From assembly GCA_037444445.1 (NCBI GenBank), contig JBBIMK010000039.1, forward strand, positions 1 through 14,438: a DNA stretch of 14,438 nucleotides. The letters run 5' to 3'. A model generated the notes under the pieces. The model saw nothing but the letters and a program-made list of their open reading frames with translations. It was not told the DNA's origin and made no database searches. Within the stretch, counting starts at the first letter, position 1. The number at the start of each line of letters is the position of its first letter. This DNA is from a bacterium (GTDB taxonomy: Bacteria > UBP7 > UBA6624 > JBBIMK01). Of this stretch, positions 1 to 6,560 are shown one piece after another. Made by a program: the position numbers and the translations under genes.

Positions 1-48
1 AAAGAGGGGTATAAAAAAATCGTTCAGGGTGGTCAGAATCTCTTGACC

Positions 49-90
49 CAATACATTTAGAAGGCCTTGTGCTACAATACATTTAGAAGG
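49..90. repeat. Two perfect 16-nt direct repeats CAATACATTTAGAAGG (49-64 and 75-90), 26 nt start-to-start, immediately upstream of the Cys-rich ORF
   Basis: Read directly from the sequence. The flanks diverge immediately (ccttgtgcta vs gggaggtgat), so this is not a simple tandem duplication of a longer block. The second copy overlaps the putative -10 and runs into the Shine-Dalgarno region. Confidence 0.9.
50..78 (+). promoter_or_regulatory. Putative extended -10 promoter for the Cys-rich ORF operon (TGcTACAAT at 70-78; weak -35 aATACA at 50-55)
   Basis: TGnTACAAT motif lies 28 nt upstream of ATG 106. GGAGG Shine-Dalgarno at 92-96, 9 nt before the ATG. The -35 matches only 3/6, so the call rests on the extended -10. 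Confidence 0.4.
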
Positions 91-105
91 GGGAGGTGAT
101 AAAAG

Positions 106-480
106 ATGTTAAACCGAAGATGGAAAAACAACCTCCGACGATGGGCAGTTGAAACCACTATTCTCGCACTTGCTCTCATTCTATCCCCTAAGGCTTATTC
201 TACAATAGTTCCTAACGCTACTTGTATGGCTATTCAAGCCGACTACTTAGCCTGTGAAGGTCAAGATGACTGTTGTGGTGCTCCCTATTTAGATTGCTCT
301 GGTGGATGTGTCTATGGCTGCTATGCTCCTACCTGTCATCTGTGGGAATTTTGGCATGATGAATACGCCTGGTCCTGTTCGGATTGTGTTCAATATGTGA
401 TGTGTGCAGATGGGACATCTCACTGGATTGGAAACTGTCAAGCGAACCCGTTTCATGCTCGCACAGGTCAGTGTTGCTAA
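106..480 (+). CDS. Secreted cysteine-rich small protein, unknown family (124 aa; predicted mature part approx 92 aa with 14 Cys, ends in -GQCC)
   Basis: Strong SD (GGGGGAGGTGAT) upstream. N-terminus has a basic n-region (MLNRRWKNNLRRW), a hydrophobic core (AVETTILALALIL) and a c-region SPKAYS, typical of a Sec signal peptide. Cys patterns include DDCCG, CSGGCVYGCYAPTC, CSDCVQYVMC and a terminal CC. The protein is rich in Trp/Tyr/His. I recognise no family. Confidence 0.75.
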   Translation: MLNRRWKNNLRRWAVETTILALALILSPKAYSTIVPNATCMAIQADYLACEGQDDCCGAPYLDCSGGCVYGCYAPTCHLWEFWHDEYAWSCSDCVQYVMCADGTSHWIGNCQANPFHARTGQCC

Positions 481-488
481 CCTCCTAA

Positions 489-2642
489 ATGGGTGGCGTA
501 GGTCGTAACACAATTCTAATTGTTAGTGGCGTTTTTAGTGGAGGGTCTTTGTTACTCGTTAGAATGCCTGTAGATAGGTATTTTTTGTTTTTTATTATTC
601 CCCATTTGTTGCTTTTAATTGTCTTAGCCTTCATTTTCAGTGAATTTTTAAGACAGTCATGGAATCCGAAGGTCCTCCCCCTTTTGCTGGTTTCACGAAA
701 AGGATTGTATTGCATCTTATTTCATAAAATCCTGACCACAATCTTACTGGTGGGGCTCATCTCAGGGTTCACCATTGCTGTGAAAGTGTTGCTCCACCGG
801 GGGTTTTATCTAACTTCGGAGCAGTGGAAAGTATCACTGATTGGTGTTCAATTTTACTGGCTTGCCCTGCTCTTCTACTTAAACATCTTCTTTCTTTTCT
901 GGTGGCTTCCAACCTTTTATCGCATGACTCTCTCCATTACCTTATGCCTGATTTCTTATATTTCACTGGCAAAAAGCTTTGGAACGATTATAGAGTGGAC
1001 TTCTTACGGCAGTGTTTTTGAAATGTGGGGGCATTCACTTTTTTCACCCTTTTCTATTATCGGATTATACGGTGACGAGATTTCTGCTCCTTATAGCCTC
1101 GTTCTTTCAACTTTGAAAATTCTGATTTTTTCTATGATGTTTTGCGGGAGTCTTTTGCTGATACTATACTTCAGCCTTATCATCTACCAGACTCTCTCTG
1201 ATGTTCGTATCATCCCTATTTATAAAGAATATCGCTGGTTATGGGGAACTTTCCTGAGCATTTTTCTAATATTTATTACTTTTGGAGGGCTGGTTTTTAA
1301 GCGTCAGGCTCAAAATATAGTTTATCTTGCTAATGCACCTCTTTCGTCGTCAAAGGCAACCTCGTCTTTTCCCGCTATCAATGAGGAACGGAAGCGTCAG
1401 ATAAAACTTGCAATAGAACGAGAAAAAGCCTGGGTTATCCGTGAAGTAAACATCTCCATCGAGCCTTCCAGCATATATGCGGAAATCGTCGAGCAAATTT
1501 TTCTTCAGCGGTTAGGTGATGTGCAAAAGCTCAAATTTCGTGTGCCATTTCAATATCATGACTTATCCGTGCGAATCAATGGGAATCCCGTGCCACCTGA
1601 AAGATTAAAATTTTCCCATTCGGCACTTACACTCACTGGATTTTCTTTTCCCGAGCAATTCCAGTTACTTTTCACCTACCAAATCCCCTTACAACTCTTC
1701 GAAGTTCATCAAGGGCATGAGATAGCAACCATAACGACTTTGGATTGTAATGTTTCTAAGCCCTTCGTGAAATTGCCCAGAGAAATGCTTTTTCGCAGGC
1801 CTAACTTCAGATCAACAGATTATCTATCAGGCAGGACCATATCCGTAACGGCAGAGTTCGGAATTCCCCTGATTAATCATGGGGAATTATTTCCTATTCG
1901 GGTCAGTTTTCCTTCTAAATGCAGTCATTACCGATTCTCGGGTTTTCATCAGGTGGTCCATCACAATCAAATTTTTTTGTCTGCAGAAGGTGACTCTATA
2001 ATTGATATTTACGGATATGATGAAGCAAAATCCTGGGTCGCTACCGATTTAATTACTATAGAGGGAGCCAATGATTTCACACCTGATGCCCGAAACCAAC
2101 TCAGGCAGGTTACTCCCCGTTTATCCAACATACTTAGTAGTTATGGCTTTTCAGCTCCACTCTTTCTCAAATCCACATGCTTTTCCTTATCAAGATTTCC
2201 CACTCCGCTTTCACGACGCGCTTCTATAAATGGTACTCGCAGGGATTTTTTCACATTTTATCTTCTTTCCCGATGTGTGATCCAAGAAATATCTCCATAT
2301 TTAGAAGGCTGGAAACTCAATCGGATTTTAGCTGGCATTCTTACATACAAAGCCTTTGTGGAAAATGGTTGGATGACTAAAAGTGATTTCATGGAACAAA
2401 TACGTGCATTCGTTGAACCCTTGCAGAGTCCTGGTGCCCCAGTTCCCGATTTCTATGACTTGCTAAGTTATTATTTAACTGATAAGAAGAATGTAGATGT
2501 GGAGATAAGCCATAAGTTAAAGGAAGTGAGCGAGATATTGCTCTGGCTTCGTGGCAAATCGTTTGATAATCCTTATTATTCTATGGTTCATACCCCATCT
2601 TCTGAAGATTGGTTGCCTCTGAGTTTGACGACCGAAGAGTAA
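489..2642 (+). CDS. Polytopic membrane protein (about 8 predicted TM helices in residues 1-270) fused to a roughly 430-aa soluble domain; unknown function, possibly the permease partner of the downstream ABC remnant
   Basis: Long uninterrupted ORF starting 9 nt after the Cys-rich ORF stop. Hydrophobic segments include ILIVSGVFSGGSLLLV, FLFFIIPHLLLLIVLAFIF, ILTTILLVGLISGFTIAV, FYWLALLFYLNIFFLFWWL, ILIFSMMFCGSLLLILYFSLIIY and WLWGTFLSIFLIFITFGGLVF. No HExxH, CxxC or Walker motifs. No clear SD before ATG 489, so the start is uncertain (alternative Met at 564). Confidence 0.7.
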   Translation: MGGVGRNTILIVSGVFSGGSLLLVRMPVDRYFLFFIIPHLLLLIVLAFIFSEFLRQSWNPKVLPLLLVSRKGLYCILFHKILTTILLVGLISGFTIAVKVLLHRGFYLTSEQWKVSLIGVQFYWLALLFYLNIFFLFWWLPTFYRMTLSITLCLISYISLAKSFGTIIEWTSYGSVFEMWGHSLFSPFSIIGLYGDEISAPYSLVLSTLKILIFSMMFCGSLLLILYFSLIIYQTLSDVRIIPIYKEYRWLWGTFLSIFLIFITFGGLVFKRQAQNIVYLANAPLSSSKATSSFPAINEERKRQIKLAIEREKAWVIREVNISIEPSSIYAEIVEQIFLQRLGDVQKLKFRVPFQYHDLSVRINGNPVPPERLKFSHSALTLTGFSFPEQFQLLFTYQIPLQLFEVHQGHEIATITTLDCNVSKPFVKLPREMLFRRPNFRSTDYLSGRTISVTAEFGIPLINHGELFPIRVSFPSKCSHYRFSGFHQVVHHNQIFLSAEGDSIIDIYGYDEAKSWVATDLITIEGANDFTPDARNQLRQVTPRLSNILSSYGFSAPLFLKSTCFSLSRFPTPLSRRASINGTRRDFFTFYLLSRCVIQEISPYLEGWKLNRILAGILTYKAFVENGWMTKSDFMEQIRAFVEPLQSPGAPVPDFYDLLSYYLTDKKNVDVEISHKLKEVSEILLWLRGKSFDNPYYSMVHTPSSEDWLPLSLTTEE

Positions 2643-2673
2643 TTATGACTTAAAAAGGGGGAAGGGCATAATT

Positions 2674-2822
2674 ATGAGAGGGATGCTGAAGGTAGCAGGT
2701 GTGGTGAAGTTGTATATACCGGGATGTTCGGGCTTCTGGGCTCTAACGGAGCCGGGAAGACCACGCTGATGCGTATCTGTGCCACACTTCTGGAGCCCAC
2801 GAAAGGGGAGGTTCTTTTCTAC
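2674..2822 (+). pseudogene. Remnant of an ABC transporter ATP-binding protein (ABC-2/DrrA-NatA-like Walker A region), frameshifted and 3'-truncated
   Basis: ATG 2674 with SD AAGGGGGAAGGG gives MRGMLKVAGVVKLY, an ABC-ATPase-like N-terminus, and hits a stop at 2767-2769. Another frame, from 2724, reads MFGLLGSNGAGKTTLMRICATLLEPTKGEVLF, with Walker A GSNGAGKT at 2739-2762. The approx 15 residues normally found between K-x-Y-G and GE-x-FGLLG are missing. Q-loop, signature LSGGQ, Walker B and H-loop are all absent, because the homology stops at about 2820, where the convergent wecB ends. Confidence 0.8.
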
Positions 2823-3958
2823 TGGACGAAGTTTTTCAGCAGGATAGAGACGATGCGTCGGGCGGCTTTGCCATCTCCAAAAGGATTGGGAGCGGAAGTG
2901 GCCCGGTGGTAGCGACCTGTATCTTTCAGCAGGTTTCTCACGATGCGTGCGATGTAAATCGGATTTGTTCCCACCAGCAAGGCACTGCCGGTTTCCAGGG
3001 CTTCCACCCGCTCGGTCGTAGAGCGCATGATGAGAGTGGGTTTTCGGAAAGTGGGCGCTTCTTCCTGGATGCCACCGGAGTCTGTAAGTACCAGTCGGCA
3101 ACCTTTTAAGAGCATTAAGAATTGTGGGTAATCTACTGGAGGAAGCAAGTGAATGTGAGGTGTCCCCATGAGCGATTTTTGAACTATCCGCTGGACTTCC
3201 GGGTTGAGATGAACCGGCCAGATGATGTGTAGATTCGGATGTTCAGTAAGGATTCGTTGCAGGGAATCACAGATTTGCTGAATTCCTTCACCGATACTTT
3301 CACGACGATGGGCAGTCACCAGCAGGTAAGGTGTAAGCCCATTCAGCGAGAACCCGACCAGATTAGAAAGTGCCTTCCATAGGGGATGGAATTTGGGCGA
3401 AAGGATTTTTCTACGCGCCCAGAGCGCGGCGTCTACCACTGTATTGCCGGTTATATAAATGTGCTCGGCGTCAATTCCTTCTTGCAGGAGATTCGCCCGG
3501 GCTTTTTGTGTGGGCGCAAAATGATAGGTAGCCAGGTGGCTGATCAATACCCGATTCAGTTCCTCCGGGAACGGGTTCTCCCGGTCGAAGGAGCGTAATC
3601 CTGCTTCTACATGTGCGAGAGGTACTTTACGGTAATAAGCCACAAGAGCCGCCGCCAGAGCGGTGGTGGTGTCGCCCTGGGCAATGAGAAGGTCAGGGTT
3701 ACCGGTGCGCTGAAAATACCGCTCTAATCTTGTAATCGCTTTACAGAGAAGTGTTGCCAGCGAACAACCAGGCTTCATAATTGCTAAGTCTTCGTCCGGT
3801 GTGATTTCAAAAAATCGCAGGAATGGTGTGAGCATTTCCCGGTGTTGACCGGTAGAAATGATGGATAAGGTGATCTCAGGATGTTTTCTCATTTCATGGA
3901 TGACCGGTGCCAGTTTGATGGCTTCGGGCCTGGTTCCCAGTACCACGCTTACATTCAT
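2819..3958 (-). CDS. wecB: UDP-N-acetylglucosamine 2-epimerase (non-hydrolysing)
   Basis: Full-length 379 aa. N-terminus VVLGTRPEAIKLAPV, plus DLLIAQGDTTTALAAALVAYY, VAHVEAGLRSFD, PFPEE-NR, VLTDSGGIQEEAP and GDGKAARRIV are characteristic of the WecB/MnaA epimerase_2 family. Confidence 0.9.
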   Translation of the reverse strand: MNVSVVLGTRPEAIKLAPVIHEMRKHPEITLSIISTGQHREMLTPFLRFFEITPDEDLAIMKPGCSLATLLCKAITRLERYFQRTGNPDLLIAQGDTTTALAAALVAYYRKVPLAHVEAGLRSFDRENPFPEELNRVLISHLATYHFAPTQKARANLLQEGIDAEHIYITGNTVVDAALWARRKILSPKFHPLWKALSNLVGFSLNGLTPYLLVTAHRRESIGEGIQQICDSLQRILTEHPNLHIIWPVHLNPEVQRIVQKSLMGTPHIHLLPPVDYPQFLMLLKGCRLVLTDSGGIQEEAPTFRKPTLIMRSTTERVEALETGSALLVGTNPIYIARIVRNLLKDTGRYHRATSAPNPFGDGKAARRIVSILLKNFVQ

Positions 3959-4009
3959 TTTTTTCTTACTCCTGCCTCCAATTGAACCAATGCGTGAAAC
4001 GCGTAGATT

Positions 4010-5401
4010 TCATTCACCCGCTGGCTGTTCATCATTCCCTTTTCCATGGTAAAGAAGATGCAGGATTTTACGGGTTTGATTCGTGACTTTCACGCGGTCA
4101 TCCAGGCGATGTCCGACAATCCAGAGAATTTTTTCATCATCGGTAATGATTGGGACGGAGGAGCGGTAAAGAGAAGGGATTTTTTCATCCACGAAGAAAT
4201 CCTGTAATTTTTTGGGGGCGTTCATGCCCAGGGGATAGAATCGGTCGCCGGGCTTCCAGCCCCGAACCCGAATCTTACCACGAATGCACCCTGCATCCAG
4301 AAATGCCTCCCAGGGTTTCGCCTTTTGAATCTTCAGGTGAAGATGGGGCGCAGGGGAAAGAATGGTGCAGGTGTAGTCTCCAACTTTTCCCGGTACCTGA
4401 AGAAGGATTGGCTGAACTTTTTCCGGCTGAGGGAGAATATGTAGTGATTTGCCTTCTTTCATTAGCCACCATTTCGCAGAAAGTTGCCAGATTTTTCTTT
4501 CCGGGAGGGATTGACAGGCCTGAAGGAGTTTTCTCAATGTTTTTCCATGAAAAGGGACCTTAAGAATCTGAAGCCATAGGAGAAAAACCCGCCGTTGAAT
4601 AGGGTAGGGTTGACGAAGAAAGGAAAGAGAGAGGCGGTTTCCGGATATATATCTTTTAGAGATTTTTTGGGCTTGTTTTTGTATAAATTCATCCTCTTCA
4701 TTGAGGAGGGAAATGATTTCCAGCATTTTTTTCTGCCATCCTGGGTTCAGAGTTCTGTTCAGGTAGGGAATCAGGCGGTGACGAATCCGATTCCGGAGGA
4801 AGCGGAGGTCAGAGTTAGAAGGGTCAATTCGGTAAGGCAGGCGGTGTGCCCGACAGTGATGTAAAATGGCTTCGCGGGGCAGGGCTATCAGCGGGCGGAT
4901 GAGAAGAACTTCCCTGCCCTGAGGAGTTTTTATGCTCCGCACAGGGGGTATTCCTTTCAAGAATTCACGGGATGCCCCCTGAACCAGCCTCATCAAAAAA
5001 GTTTCCAGGTTATCGGATGCGGTGTGTCCCAGGGCGATTTGGTGGATGTTCCATTTGTCAGCCACTTGAAGGAGGTGCTGGTAGCGTGCCTCTCGTCCTG
5101 CTTCTTCCAGAGATTTTTTTTGTTCCCGGGCCCTCTGTTTCACATCTTCGTATCTCAAGGCGAGAGGAATCCGCCATTTCTGACAAAGGGATTGAACAAA
5201 ATTGGCATCTTCATCGGCGCTTCTCCCTCTCAATCCGTGATGGAGATGAAAGGCGAATACTTGAATGTGAAGCCCTTTAGCCAGGTGCTTGAGCAGGTGC
5301 AAAAGGGCAACGGAATCCGGTCCCCCTGAGCAGGCCACCAGCACTCTTTGGTGTGGGCGAAGCATCTTGTTCTTTTGGAGGGTTTGGAAAAGGGAGTGCA
5401 A
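4010..5401 (-). CDS. tilS: tRNA(Ile)-lysidine synthetase
   Basis: PP-loop motif VACSGGPDSVALLHLL, HLHHGLRG, and a length and C-terminal domain typical of TilS. The track start at 5401 is a TTG. An internal ATG at 5365 (MLRPHQRVLVACSGG...) is an equally plausible start. Neither has a good SD. Confidence 0.88.
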   Translation of the reverse strand: MHSLFQTLQKNKMLRPHQRVLVACSGGPDSVALLHLLKHLAKGLHIQVFAFHLHHGLRGRSADEDANFVQSLCQKWRIPLALRYEDVKQRAREQKKSLEEAGREARYQHLLQVADKWNIHQIALGHTASDNLETFLMRLVQGASREFLKGIPPVRSIKTPQGREVLLIRPLIALPREAILHHCRAHRLPYRIDPSNSDLRFLRNRIRHRLIPYLNRTLNPGWQKKMLEIISLLNEEDEFIQKQAQKISKRYISGNRLSLSFLRQPYPIQRRVFLLWLQILKVPFHGKTLRKLLQACQSLPERKIWQLSAKWWLMKEGKSLHILPQPEKVQPILLQVPGKVGDYTCTILSPAPHLHLKIQKAKPWEAFLDAGCIRGKIRVRGWKPGDRFYPLGMNAPKKLQDFFVDEKIPSLYRSSVPIITDDEKILWIVGHRLDDRVKVTNQTRKILHLLYHGKGNDEQPAGE

Positions 5402-5404
5402 GTG

Positions 5405-6370
5405 TTAAGAGCGGTTTTTCAGGAATTCCTGTTTCAACTGGAGATAAAGATTTTTATCCCCACCCTTTTCGCGGAATTTCTCCAGAAAAACCAGGGCTTT
5501 CCGCTGGTCTCCCCTGGCATGATACAACTCTGCCAGTTTCTGGAGCGGAAAAGGTGAACGGTTGAAAACATCGGCCGCTTCCAGAAGAAACTTCTCTGCT
5601 TCGGAATACCGTTTTTGTTCCATCAGCAGTTGACCCAGTTTCAATTTTGCGCCGGCATTTTTTGGAAATAGTTTCAAAACTTCACGGTATTCCTGTTCTG
5701 CTTCCCTTTTTTTGCCTTCTTCAAACAGGATATTGGCATATAACATGCGTCCTTCCACATACCGGGGGTCTATTTCAATGAGGTGTTTTCCCAACCTTTC
5801 TGCATCTTCCAGTTTTTTTAAATCATAAGTGAGGAATTCAATGGCTACCAGGGCGCCATGAAGGGACAGACTTTTATCATTCTCAAAGGCTTTCATTACA
5901 GTTTCATAGGCTTTTTTGGGATCGCCAGATTTGTAATAAGCGGTAGAGAGCAGGTAAAAGCCTACGCCATATCCGGGCTCTATTTCAGTGAGTTTTTCCA
6001 GATGGTGGATGGCTATTTTCAGGTCTTCACCCAGTCCTGCAGAATATAATTGGGTGATGGACTTCACAAGGTAAGCCTGGCAACGGACGGGTAAACGATA
6101 GATTTCTTTTACGGGTAACTCAATCAGTTCCAGTGATGAACGGGAACCACACGGAGAATCAGGGGATGGGAGAGGAGAGGGAGAATTCGGTGTGCCTGTG
6201 AGAGGAGTGGAGGTGGGATGGCTCGCTGAAGGTGTAAAAGGGCTGGCTTTCGTGGCTGATGTGGCAGGTGGCTCGGGGGGTTTTTCCGTGCGCTTTTGAG
6301 GAGGAACGCAAGAGATAATCCCACTGAGCAGGAAAAAACATAAAACTCTCACCCTTTTGTTGTTTGGCAT
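5405..6370 (-). CDS. TPR-repeat protein, probable lipoprotein with a Pro/Ser/Thr-rich linker
   Basis: N-terminus MPNNKRVRVLCFFLLSGIISC has a signal peptide and a lipobox-like IISC. It is followed by a low-complexity P/S/T stretch of approx 60 aa, then repeated TPR-like helices (YLLSTAYYKSGDPKKAYE, MLYANILFEEGKKREAEQEY, KLGQLLMEQKRYSEAEKF, LAELYHARGDQRKAL). Confidence 0.75.
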   Translation of the reverse strand: MPNNKRVRVLCFFLLSGIISCVPPQKRTEKPPEPPATSATKASPFTPSASHPTSTPLTGTPNSPSPLPSPDSPCGSRSSLELIELPVKEIYRLPVRCQAYLVKSITQLYSAGLGEDLKIAIHHLEKLTEIEPGYGVGFYLLSTAYYKSGDPKKAYETVMKAFENDKSLSLHGALVAIEFLTYDLKKLEDAERLGKHLIEIDPRYVEGRMLYANILFEEGKKREAEQEYREVLKLFPKNAGAKLKLGQLLMEQKRYSEAEKFLLEAADVFNRSPFPLQKLAELYHARGDQRKALVFLEKFREKGGDKNLYLQLKQEFLKNRS

Positions 6371-6381
6371 AACTTTTCTAC

Positions 6382-6455
6382 TGGCTGTGCGGGGATTTGA
6401 ACCCCGGACTCTACGGGTATGAGCCGTATGCTCTCGCCATCTGAGCTACACAGCC
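6382..6455 (-). tRNA. tRNA with CAU anticodon, elongator-type (tRNA-Met; a tRNA-Ile2 lysidine substrate cannot be excluded)
   Basis: The reverse complement folds by hand into a 74-nt cloverleaf: GGCTGTG TA GCTC AGATGGCGA GAGC A TACGG CTCATAC CCGTA GAGTC CGGGG TTCAAAT CCCCG CACAGCC A. G1-C72 is paired and there is no GGG/CCC anticodon stem, so it is not an initiator. The acceptor stem GGCU... resembles E. coli elongator tRNA-Met. No CCA is encoded. Confidence 0.85.
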
Positions 6456-6460
6456 TGTTT

Positions 6461-6536
6461 TGGGTGCGGGGGCGGGATTCGAACCCGCGACCTCCGGGTT
6501 ATGAGCCCGACAAGCTTACCACTGCTCTACCCCGCA
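6461..6536 (-). tRNA. Initiator-type tRNA-Met (CAU), CCA encoded
   Basis: The reverse complement reads TGCGGGG TA GAGC AGTGGTAA GCTT G TCGGG CTCATAA CCCGG AGGTC GCGGG TTCGAAT CCCGC CCCCGCA C CCA. It is very close to E. coli tRNA-fMet, with three G:C pairs at 29-31:39-41 and an A11:U24 pair. Position 1 is U (pairing with A72) instead of the usual mismatched C, and the discriminator reads C. Confidence 0.88.
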
Positions 6537-6560
6537 ATCCTATTTCATTATATCAAACTT

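Noticed and set aside
1-60. Frames open from the left window edge to stops at 58-60 (KEGYKKIVQGGQNLLTQYI*) or 44-46, possibly the 3' end of an upstream + strand gene
   Set aside because: Twenty codons are too few to judge, so no feature is called. If real, its stop would overlap the first direct repeat.
106-200. Twin-arginine (Tat) signal in the Cys-rich protein (NRRW..., LRRWAV)
   Set aside because: Neither RR pair sits in an S/T-R-R-x-F-L-K-like context, and the h-region looks Sec-like. This is left for TatP or SignalP to decide.
2643-3101. 152-aa minus-strand ORF and small + ORFs (2906-3109, 3386-3598, 3858-4052) overlapping wecB and the ABC remnant
   Set aside because: They are out of frame or antisense to the full-length, motif-rich wecB. 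The products are Arg/Pro/His-rich, as expected from off-frame translation. Only the 2724 frame is meaningful, and only as the ABC pseudogene fragment.
4150-5565. Several + strand ORFs (4150-4563, 4595-4864, 4972-5280, 5024-5329, 5348-5557, 5353-5565) opposite tilS and the TPR gene
   Set aside because: They are antisense shadows of well-supported minus-strand genes and have no recognisable domains.
6371-6560. tRNA genes as an integration hotspot or genomic-island border
   Set aside because: There is no integrase and no duplicated tRNA 3' fragment (attL/attR-like repeat). The flanking genes are ordinary housekeeping genes.
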